Part shown: piece after piece, positions 42,449-64,000 of the stretch
How the letters are laid out: each line of letters begins with the position of its first letter
Numbering within the stretch: position 1 is the stretch's first letter
Origin: Amoebidium appalachense
Lineage: Eukaryota; Protista; Ichthyosporea
Reading direction: 5' to 3'
Length of the DNA: 64,000 nt
Assembly (NCBI GenBank): GCA_963693365.1
Contig: CAVNZM010000001.1
Location: forward strand, 5,472,907 to 5,536,906
Notes under the pieces: generated by a model
The model's database searches: none
Told to the model about the DNA's origin: nothing
Seen by the model: the letters and a program-made list of their open reading frames with translations, nothing else
Position numbers and translations under genes: made by a program

Positions 42449-42961
42449 GTCGCATAGTGCATGGGTGTAATATATGACAGCCTACTTTCCAACACCTTAC
42501 CACCTACTATGATGCACAGCAATGATCATGTGGCCCATACATACACTTGCCCAGACCTTCAACACTGATGAATATCGTTTCATTTCGGCAATCCCTGGAT
42601 GCACTCACTCCACCAAAATCTGCAGAATCTTCCACATTCGACATACATTCAAAGTCTGACTACGACATAAATGGTTCACAACCATAATTACGTGTGACCC
42701 CTCTTCTATATCTTCCTCATCATTCGTTCTGAATACGTAAGAATTAACTTAGTCCACCGGGTAATTACAACAGGCATCTGTAACCCGAGCCACTTGCATG
42801 TGTAAACGACCGCAGGCACCATTTTGAGTGAAAGAGAAAAAAAGGTATGCCTAAATTTAGGTCTTTCCAACACCCGTTGCTGTCCATTTTCAAGACTTGA
42901 TTGGTCGAAAAACTGGTGATCGTGCATTCCATTCACAAAACGGGCAAATCAGATTCAGCGG

Positions 42962-44153
42962 CTATTGGCCAATCCGCAGGCGGCGACTGCTGTAGGCCAA
43001 CCCCATCAAATATGCCGATGCCTGTGTGTGTGTGTGTGTATGTGTTTGTGTTGGGTGGATGGATGGGTGGGGGTGGGGGTGGGGGTGTGTGTGTGTGTGT
43101 GGGGGGGGGAGCCTCAGGGGTGTGCGCCTGCACGCATGACTGCGTGTGTGCTTGGGTCTTGGGGTGAAAGGTTACAGACTGGTGTTGGTACTTGTCTGGG
43201 TGGCTGAGTTGTGCGTTATGAGGTGGTTGAAGGAGAAGGAGGTGGTGTTCTTCTATATTTCTTGTGGTGGTGTGGTGGTGGTGTGTGTGTTGCGCGCGCA
43301 CGCGCGCGCGCGCGTGTGTGTGTGTATGATAGGGGGGGAGGTCGGACGAGGGGGGGGGGGGGGGAGGGGGGGGGGGGGTAATGGGGTCCCTTGCCCGAAC
43401 TCTGCATGCGTGCAACCCATGCAACACAGTACAAAACGCAAAGACGACACAGCAAATGAGCAAATCCTATTATTGAGCGACAAACATGTGCAGACCTCCA
43501 CGCCTCCCTCCCCCCCAATAAAGAATAAAAACAGCCTTGATTTACCGGCATATGAATATGTGGAGGGACGGCCCGCCTGTGGGCCCAGGGGCCCGAGGGC
43601 CGGGGGGGTTTGAATGCGTCAAAAAGTACGAAGTACACAAGAACAAACGGATAACACGATGCAGAATGCAAGCCATACATAAAGAGTATGGGGGGGGGGG
43701 GGGGGGGGGGGGAGGGGGAGGGGAAGGTTCACCGACCTGCAAAACGTCTATTCTGCATGGTACCTTGTTGTATTCAGCAAGAACAGTAAGGGAGCTCCAA
43801 ACACGAACTATGTCCCTGTGTGTGTTTTGTAGGTGTGTGGGCGAGTATGGGTTGAGCGTCATTTGGATGTGTGTGTGTTTCGTATGTGTGTCAAGCGTGC
43901 ATGTGTTCTTTATGGGTGTGTGTATGCAAGCACGTGTACAGGCTTGTGAATGCCGTGGTGGCATGGTGCCATGTGTACACACATGTATTCGCGTGGATGG
44001 TTGGGATGATGTATCAGCAGAGTATGCCATGGAGTGTGTCTGTGAATATGTAGCTGAGCCTATGCACTAGATGTAGATGTAGCGTGGCATGGAAAGGGGA
44101 GGGGGGGGGGGGGGGGGAGGGCGGGGGGAGGGGGAGAGTAGGGAGAGAAAGCG

Positions 44154-44223
<70 letters not shown>

Positions 44224-44582
44224 AGGGAGAGAGAGAGGGGGGAGAGAGAGAGGCACAGAGAGAGAGAGAGGTGGGGAGGGGAGGAGGGAGGGATGGGGAG
44301 AGAGAGCGAGAGAGAAGGGCGGAGTCCGATGTGATCCTCCACCCCTTCCCCCTCTCCCCCCCCTCCCCCCCCCCCCCCCCCCCCCTAGAAGGTAAACATG
44401 AAAGCATCCAAGCAATGGTGACAGCATGTGTGTGCTGATGCATGGGTTACTCTTAGATGTTGGTGCTTCGAGCAGTAGTAGTATTTAGTAAGAGAGTGTA
44501 TGTTCGTGTGTGTGTCACGATGCATATGTGCCTGTTTCTCTTTGTTGGGCCCACAATTCATTCTGTGCCCGATGAACTTGTA

Positions 44583-44617
<35 letters not shown>

Positions 44618-46112
44618 GTATGAGTGTGCAAGTGTGTGTGTGTGTGTGTGTGTGTTCGGTGGTGGTCACTGCGTCTTCTTTATTTTTCCAACCCATTTTT
44701 GAGTCTGTGTATTTGTATGTATCCATGTTCATTTTTTTTATTTTTTTTTCTCCGCTGGGGGGGAGGGAAGGGGGGGGAATGACTGACTCTGCGGGGGCAC
44801 GTAAAATGCATTCCCCCGTATCCTCATCCACTCTCAGGACATCCACTATGATGGCGGCACCAGCCTGCAGGTGATTAGCCTACGTGTTAGCTGCACAGCC
44901 AATGACATCGCGTGTATAACCGAGCACTGATGTGTATATCTGGTTACTTTTTGCGCTGATTTAACTATTTATATCTATATCTAAGTACTTTTGTAATTTT
45001 GCGTATGTTTATGGGTGGAGAGATTTCTTTTGAAACAAAAGGCATGAATAACTCCCCCAACACAAAAAAAACACAAACAAACAAACAAATAAACAAAATA
45101 ATAATAATAAATAACATTCATTAAAAGTTATAGGGAGGCCAGGTGTGGTGCCTAAGTTCTGATCTGACATACATCCCTCCACAAGCACATAAGCTTCAAC
45201 TCTGAGATATTCTGGCATAAAGCTTATGTGGTATTATGTTTGTTGGCACCAACGAGTAGCTATGTACCAAAGGTGGGAGGGGGGAGGGGAGGGGGCTGAG
45301 GGAGGAGGAAGAGGGAGATCAGGGGCCGGGGGAGGGGGAAGGGGGGAGGGGGTTCCGTGGGAAGAGAGAGCTCTCTTTCCACCCCTTAGCCCCCTGTCCT
45401 CCCCCCCCCTTTTTTTCCACACTTGCTGCTCAAGGTGCTAAATCCACAGCACAGACATCCCCCCCCCCCCCCCCCCCCCCTCTCCCCCCCCCCCCCCGTC
45501 CCCTCTCCCCGTCTTCCCTCCAACCGGTCCCCGTCGCATAATCACACAGGCACACACACACCATGCAAGGTTAAAAAAGGACGAAACAATTACCTGGGTG
45601 GGTGGGTGGGGGGAGGGGGGGGGGGGGGAGGGGGGGGGGGGACCCACCTGGCCAAAGAGTGTCAAGAGGGCCTGAACAGACATATTCCGAACCAACACTT
45701 CACTGAAGTTGGTAATGGGTCGGTCGAACTCTCTGCAAAAAAGAGGATAGGGAGGTGAGAAAAAGGCAATAAAGCAGAGCAAGAGGGTATGTTTCACGAA
45801 CAGTTAAGTTGCAGACATAAGCAGGAGATGGTGTTGCCATGTATCTTCTTGAAAACATGGGGGGGAAGGGGGGGGGGGGGGGGGGGGGATTTTGAATGCG
45901 TCAAAAAGTACGAAGTACACAAGAACAAACGGATAACACGATGCAGAATGCAAGCCATACATAAAGAGTATGCATAATAAGCAGAGCCCATCCTCAGGGG
46001 GGGCCCACGTCATCCACAGTACCCGAGTTTCGACCTATTCCCCTGGGGGGAGAGAGATAGAGAGAGATAGAAAGAGAGAGAGAGAGGGGGGAGGGTGTAT
46101 ATATGCATCCAT

Positions 46113-46191
<79 letters not shown>

Positions 46192-47071
46192 TATAGATAG
46201 ATAAGGAGAGATGGTGTGGGAAAAGGGAGATTGTGTGTGTGTGTCTGGATGTTTGTGTGTATGCGTGTGAGCACGCACGCATGTATCGTGTGTTTGTGAG
46301 TACATGCATCTGCGTGTATGTGTATGTGCCTGTGTGTTTGTGTGGCACTTAGACGTGTATGTGGTTGTGTCTTTAATTTAAGGACGGAGAAGAAGGGAGG
46401 TCAAGGAAAGGGGTAACAGACGGCAGAGGAGCATAAAGAAAAAAGAGGACCACTACAAGAAAGCAACGACTTTGGATCAGAAAAATTGGAGCAATGGCAA
46501 CAAGGATATAAAGCACAAGAAAAGAGGGAAAGAGTCCAAAGAGAGGTGAAATACAAAAACAAGGAAGGTGTGATACCGGGGGTGAGGGCCGGGGAACGCC
46601 GGCAGGGGGGAGGGAGGGAGTGGGGAAGGAATTTAACAAACACACAGATAGACCGGAAGGGAAGATGTGGGAAAGGGAAGGCACTGGGAGAACCCGCGGC
46701 AAAAGAAGAATGAGAGAGTTAAAGATGCACAAAAAATGGGACCGCGGAAAGGGATACAGAGGGGTGTGGTTCACAGAAGCAGAAGTAAGGCTTCATGGAG
46801 AGGAGACAGAGAGGGAGAAGCAGGAGGCGGCTGTGGGAGAGAGGGGGGATGGCGGTGAGTGCGGGAGAGAGAGAGAGAGAGGGAGGGGAAGGGAGGGGAG
46901 GCGGGGGGAGGGGGGAGGGAGGGAGAAAAAGAGGGAGGGAGGGAGAGAGGAGGAGCAGGAGAGAGAGGGGGGAGGGGGGGGAGGAGGAAGAGAGGGAGAG
47001 GGGGGGGGGGGGAGAGAGAGAGAGAGGGAGAGAGAGAGAAAGAGAGAGAGAGGGAGAGAGGGGGGGGGGGG

Positions 47072-47150
<79 letters not shown>

Positions 47151-47784
47151 TGTGTGTGTGTGTGTGTGTGTGAGCATGAGAGAGAGAAAGAGGGAGGGGC
47201 GGGGGTGGGGAGGCTGAGACCCACATTCTCACAAGCAGGTAAAAGTAGCGTGGTTTCTGCGAGACAATCTTCTGATACATTCTTGCTGTTTAAACGATCA
47301 CACACCAACCGCTAACCACATATACTGAAAAAGCTCAAAAAACACCGTGGGATAAACTTTGAAGAATTGAGTTGGTTCAAGTTGCTTCAAGTTCAAACTG
47401 GCCAGACAGCTGAGCTGCACGCGCATGACCCACTATTATGCACCCTGGATGTCTCATGTTTCCATGTGTTCCTACCCTGCTCTCAAAGCTGGAGCGCGAT
47501 GTTCTATGTTACCCCCCCGGCCCGGGTACCATATCAGGAGCGGGCAATTTTTGAATTCTCCCTCCCCGGCCCCGCCGGGGAAAATTTGAGGTTTTTGGAC
47601 CTCAAAGAAGTCAAATCCTGCAAAATCCACTACCGGGAGGCCAAAAAGGGTGATTTTACAAAAAAGGAGGGACATACATGAAAAAGAGAAAATGGGCGAG
47701 TTCAGTGGGCTGCCGATAAGTATATTTCGTGCTGGGCCGGTATACATGCTGCCGTGGTTGTTGCTGTAGACGGCAGTATGGCAT
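42962..47784 (-). CDS. RPP14: RNase P/MRP subunit Rpp14 (Rpp14/Pop5 family), 5 exons: 47784-47678, 45732-45648, 44864-44788, 43815-43737, 43021-42962
   Basis: Spliced ..HFLFFIEFD..VQALLTLFGQAGAAIIVDVLRVDEDTGECILRAPAEDIVRVWSSLTVLAEYNKVPCRIDVLQASAYLMGLAYSSR resembles recalled RPP14 (LFGEVDAALPLDIL..AILR..LVKLWSSLTLL..VIQVSPFLLAL). The start codon is uncertain. Confidence 0.8.
43609..43689 (-). mobile_element. Poly(C)-anchored element, subfamily A short copy
   Basis: Matches the terminal 81 nt of subfamily A; G-runs on both sides. Confidence 0.85.
45890..46044 (-). mobile_element. Poly(C)-anchored element, subfamily A copy
   Basis: Matches 4866-5020; G-runs on both sides. Confidence 0.85.
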
Positions 47785-48406
47785 CGCATGTGTCACGTGA
47801 CCTGCACGTGAATGCGACCATGTGCAGGCACTGAGTCTAGGGGGATTTGTATGTGTGTTTTGGAGCACCGACAAGGCAGAGCCAGGGTGAGGGATGTGTA
47901 AACATGGAGTTTAGGGAGATCGTGCTGCTATTGTAACATGTGCACAAAACAGCCACGTGCACCGGCACACTCCGGTGTACAGAACAATAATATGCACATG
48001 CGTCACTGTAATATCATGTATGCGCATGCCGCACAAGGTTTAGGAGACCACCACAGTATATACTATTTTCTTTTGGTTGATATCCATGTAGGAATGGTGT
48101 GTTGCAGTTGTCATGATCAGCCTGAGGCAGGCACGTGCACTCACTGAATCACTAGAACTCATGAATAAAAAATACATTCGCTAAAAACGGCAAGGTAAAT
48201 TTGGGGCCAAGCTATTATTTCCCCCTTTTAAACGTTTTTTTAGCTCCAAGAACTTCGACGCCAAAATTTCTATATTTGGCCATCGTATATGATAATGAAC
48301 ACGTGTACTTAAATTAAAGTAGTTATATAAATATGAGCGGCCCGTTACAAATACAGTGACGAAAAACAGTGACCCACGAGCAGTTTTTCTTTCTATCCCC
48401 CCCCCC

Positions 48407-48437
<31 letters not shown>

Positions 48438-49767
48438 ACACACACACCAGACACACACACCACCACCACGGTGACCACCACCACCACCACCACCACCACT
48501 CACCCCTTAAAAAAACCACACACATACGTGCACGTGTACACACACACACAGAACACCACCACCACCTCCACTGGACCCCATTTCCTCGTTGTTTTCTTAA
48601 GCCTTCAGACCAGTCCTGCACACTGGAGTTAAACAATTGAATTCACCTAGGCTGACATGCATCCACCCCCGCCTTCCACTTCCCTCCCCCCCACCCCCTC
48701 CCCCCACCCCCCCCACCCCCACCCCCTCCCCCTCGATGAAGAAGGGCCCCCGTAAGCCTTGGGGGGGGGGGGAGGGGGGGAAGGGGGGGGAAGGGGGGAG
48801 CTCTTGAGCCTCCGGGTAGGGAAGTGGGGTCCGGGGATCCGGAGAGGAGGGGGGGGGGGGGGGAAGGGGCATATAATATTGGGCCTAGATATCATAGTAT
48901 GGGGCCCCGGGGGAGGGAGAGGTGGGGGGGAGGGGGGAGGATCCACGGGAAAGACCTTTAGGTGCATGTTCTTATTTATACCCCCTTCGAATCATCCCCC
49001 CTCTCCCCCCCCCTCCCCCCCCTGAGTGCAGGCCGTGACGTAGCTACGATAACCCTGCAGAAGGCAACAAAAATGTATTAATTACTAGCACTATACATGT
49101 GTTCATAGTGCAGCTTGCACCACGTATGATCTCAGCAACTTTAAAGTAGTCACAAAGTTTAGTTATTTTCATTATTTTCATTGCTCTGAACTCTATTACT
49201 CTGAAATGATCACCGTGCATGTGCCGCAAGATAACAACCCTATATGTGTGCAGCTGCTGCCTGCAGGTTAGACTCGCTGAAAAGACAATTGTCAGTGTGC
49301 ATCCGACGCTTGCAGCTGCAGCTAGCCTCTGCAACATTAATACTTGCCAAGTGAATGCTCTTACACTTGATCATCATTCACTCAAAAAACCGAGGACCGA
49401 CAGATTAAATATTAATGTCGATCCGAATGATCAGCAAGTGTCTATGCGTACTACTATATATACACACACGTAAAATGCGAAGCTATCAGTTACAAGGCAC
49501 ACCTGCTGCACTGGCACACATACACATACACACCGGCAGATCGATGCTGTCAAAATTTACTTTCATGTACTTCGTAGGTCCGACACAGGTGCACATGAAC
49601 ACGTACATATGTACAAGCCGCGCACACACCACACCACACATACACACACACACACACACACTCACACACACACACGCACACACGCACACACGCACACACG
49701 CACACACGCACGCACGCACGCACACACACACACACACACACGCACGCACGCGCGCGCGCGCGCGCGC

Positions 49768-49821
<54 letters not shown>

Positions 49822-50262
49822 GACACACACACACACACACACATCACTGGGTGCGCTCGCTGGGGATTAGTTTTTTGGCACGCTGTTGACTTTATCGTGT
49901 GTTTATTATTTGCTATTTATTGGCCAGCGGCCAACATTTAAAAATATACTATATACCTAAAAATAGATACTGACTACGGCCAGCAGACATTATACACCTT
50001 CCAGGACACATTAACACCAATAGTCTAACACACCATACTCTCGATCACAAAGAATTCCTAACAAACAGAGAAAAGTGCAAAGGCTCTGTACTATTACTCA
50101 GATTCTAAATTTTAATTCTTTACAGTAAACTTCGGAATGAAAGCTAGCCCCCCCCCCCCCCCCCCCCCCCCCCTCCCCCCTAACATGACTGTACGAAGAA
50201 CAGGTATAACTTGAAGCACTACAACACATATGAGATCCGTTACATTGGTGTACATTCCAATA

Positions 50263-51530
50263 TTAGACACTAGTTTGGCTACTCTGACTACTCTGAGATC
50301 CTGATTGGCTGCCTGCAGACTTGCGGCCACGATTACTTTGCTTTCGATCGTGCCATTGCAGCTGCGTCTCTCCAGCAGGTGGCAACGCCAGGCCCAGCAC
50401 AGCAGATGCACGAGAAGGGGGTGGGAACTGCCCACCAGCCGAGGGCTGGCCCACATGGCCCAAGTAAGGATGGGGACCGTGCTGCGGCAGTAGCCCAGGC
50501 ATGGGGAAGGCAGGGCCGGGCTGAGGCGGCATGATGCCCCACGGTGGGGGCCAGCCATGTGGGTGGTGCGGGCCTGGATGGGGTGCAGGGGGCATGTGCG
50601 GCACATGGCCCTGCTGCATGTCAAGCGCGGGTGCTGGTGGCATGGCATCCTGATTGGCTGCAACCCAACGTGGGCAGCTCTTGGCCCGATTGGAGCCGGG
50701 GCAGCCCTTGCCCTGGCGGCCACACGTCTTGCAGGTCTTGGGGGCTCTCTGGGGTGGCTGCATAGGAGGGGGCACCGGCAAATCCATCTGCAGGGGCCCC
50801 TCAGGGCCAATGTTGCGATGCTTTTTGCCCACTAGCATGGGCAAGGGCCGCTCACGCTGCGCCCCTGCATCGACACCGTCTGGAACAGGGAGGGGTGGCA
50901 AGGGGGCAGGCCGTATGGTTGCTGGCACAGCGTCTGCCCTCTCCTCGCGCATACGCTTGCGGTGATCTGCCAGGCCCTCGTGTGTGGAGCGCTGTGCATG
51001 TGCCGTCTGCCAGGTCTTCCACTTGTCGAAATGCTTCTTGATGTAGGCCGCATCCTTCATGTAGATTCCCCCAGCCACAGAGGCAGCCTTGTTGAAGTCT
51101 TGGGCCAAAGCCTCGAACAGCTGGCCGTTGGGCTTTGCATGTGCCTTGTAGGTGCCCAGGAGCAGCGTGCTGAATAGCTTGCGCTCCTGAGGGGTAAGCA
51201 CCGGAAGGAAGGGGATGGCCACATGTTGCTTCTGCGCCAGGAACTTGTAGTCGCCCCTCAGTGCAGGGTCCGGCTGTGGTGCACCACGCGCCACCTGGTT
51301 GCCCCCCCCCCATGGCAGCACCGTCACCCTCCTCGACCTCACAGTCCTCTGGCCCGCCCATCACGCCATTGGCTGCAGGCTCGATGTTATCAGACGGAGG
51401 TGGGGGTGCGGGCACCGCAACTGGCTCCTGCGCCGGGGCATTGGCCACACAGGAGAGCGGGGCAAAAATCGTTCCCGGAAATTACGGCGAAAAACACGAT
51501 AATTGTCCGGGGATCCATCATAGCATTCTC
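50263..51530 (-). pseudogene. Intronless, frameshifted, 5'-incomplete ORF resembling the C-terminus of putative transposon proteins
   Basis: Motifs YKFLAQKQHVAIPFLPVLTPQERKLF, FEALAQDFN..GIYMKDAAYIKKHFDKW and zinc knuckle TCKTCG..CPG..KSC. The frame changes at the C-run near 51302-51311. GC-rich and repeat-free. The resemblance to DUF6729-associated element proteins is from memory. Confidence 0.5.
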
Positions 51531-51649
51531 ATAGCCACTGTGTCTTGTTTAGTGTGTCACTTGGACTAATAAGTTACAGATGTCCACTCGCGCAAGGCGC
51601 ACATAAGCCCCTCCTCCTGGTCCCCCCCCCCCAAACACAAGCACGCACG

Positions 51650-51712
<63 letters not shown>

Positions 51713-52173
51713 TCATGCACATGCTCACAACCGGCCTAAATATGGATAAATAGACTACTGATAGTGCTGGTGTTGAAGCTCGACTACATTTCTTTCAGCA
51801 ACCACAGGGTTCCTTCTATCTCTCCCAGCACACTGGCAGATTTACATTAAATGAGATGTACTGTGTGCATGGCAGAAGCTGCTATCTATGATTTGGTTAC
51901 TGCACAATTTGATAAACAGACCTTGTAGCCTATAACCATTCCTTGGGGCTTTGGAAGCCTTGCGCCCTCTAAAAAAACATAGATTAGTTTCAGTCGAAGC
52001 AAAAGTAACACCCAATATGGGCAGAGTAAAAAGAATGCCCATTCGACGATTTATCTATATTACAGCAGGCCCTTAGGACAATTACGTGACAAGTGGACAG
52101 TACTGCAACCTCAACGTAGCCATGCAATGCATATAGATCTAGATCCAGATCTAGATGCAGATCTAGATTGCAT

Positions 52174-62992
<10,819 letters not shown>

Positions 62993-63555
62993 GTTGATGA
63001 TTATGGGCCTAGTTTGGAGGTAGTTTGTTGTGTTTAAGAAATTGTTATGCAATAAAAGGCGCTGTATTTGTGCTAAAGATTGCTTTCCCTTCTTCGTCCT
63101 CCTTTTTGTTTGTGTATAACACCGAGCTCTCGTGAAAATGGAGAGGCGGGTTATTAAGGGTTTAGGTGCAGGCAGAGCAGTACAGGTAGTGAACTGAATG
63201 CGTCTTCTGTTGTGTAAATACAACAAACCCTAATCCTTCCCTCTGCTTCTCCCAGACAATGGAACACCGCTAAGGCCTACAGCCATGAAGCTCTGCTAGT
63301 TGTAGTGGGCTCGGTGGATATGTACTTCGGGCCGGCCGCGCATAGCATGTGTGACTCGATCTGCCGGAAAGCAAAACAAAGGCGCAATAAATGCAGGGTA
63401 GGAAACATTTGATGAATGTATCATTTTTGCGGTTTCATAAAGGCGTAAACCAATGGGAATGGCTGCTATTACTATTGCACTATTTCGACGTAGGCGTGCA
63501 ATAAACGGTAAATACAAAACTTCAAGATACAACTTACAAGCCCCATAGCACGACG

Positions 63556-63566
63556 CTGATTGGCTG
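63556..63566 (-). promoter_or_regulatory. CCAAT box upstream of the Myb/U-box gene
   Basis: CAGCCAATCAG on the minus strand about 570 bp before the ATG. Confidence 0.35.
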
Positions 63567-64000
63567 TGAGATTCATTTTGGCGCGAGAAATTATTTGTTG
63601 TGTTTGCCCTTTCGGGAAGCTTCTCAGGCTTAGACTCAGGCTTCGAAGCTGGCGCCAACCGAGCCTTAGAGCTAGGCTAATTACTTTCGTGCCCGTCAAT
63701 CCACTTGTGTTTCCAGTAAAGTATCCACCACACACGTGTACACTACATCTAAAAACAAAATAGCACCGGTTCTCTCAATCTCTCTCGCGCGCGCTCCCTC
63801 TCTCTCTCACTCACTCCCCCCCCCCTCCCCCCCCCCCCCCCCCCCCCCCCCTCCTTTCCCCCCCCCCCCCTTCTCCCTCACTCACTCACTCGCTCCCATC
63901 CCACCTCCCCATTCCCCTTTTCTTCCACCTTTCCCTCCCCCTCCCCCTCCCCCACATCTTCCACTCCCCTTCCCCCTCTCCCTCCCCCTCCCCTTCCATT

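Noticed and set aside
47480-48990. Additional MITE-like inserts
   Set aside because: Repeat-poor patches, but no convincing terminal repeats or second copies in the window.
63296-63658. 120-aa minus-strand ORF
   Set aside because: Non-ATG start, no recognisable motifs, and it overlaps the likely promoter.

Overview
Intron-rich eukaryotic genomic DNA saturated with (CA/GT)n, (GA/CT)n and poly-G/poly-C tracts; most ORFs in the supplied track are repeat artefacts. The gene mix suggests a non-animal opisthokont or similar protist (inference only). Manual splicing with phase-consistent GT-AG junctions gives seven genes: an orphan multi-pass membrane protein (-), PRPF38B (-), VPS37A-like (+), PUDP/HDHD1 (+), an orphan protein (+), RPP14 (-) and a 15-exon Myb-like/U-box protein (-). 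The last hosts an intronic tRNA-Val(AAC). There is also a frameshifted transposon-like ORF remnant, a degenerate TIR element and a stray CCDC53-like exon. The most notable signal is a dispersed element with about 12 copies: two near-identical subfamilies plus older diverged copies. Copies share a fixed end (GCATTCAAA followed by poly-C), are truncated at variable points at the other end and are mostly flanked by C/G runs on both sides. They can fold into helices with compensatory changes between subfamilies, and all lie in introns in the host-sense orientation. This is a candidate poly(C)-targeting, structured SINE-like retroelement.
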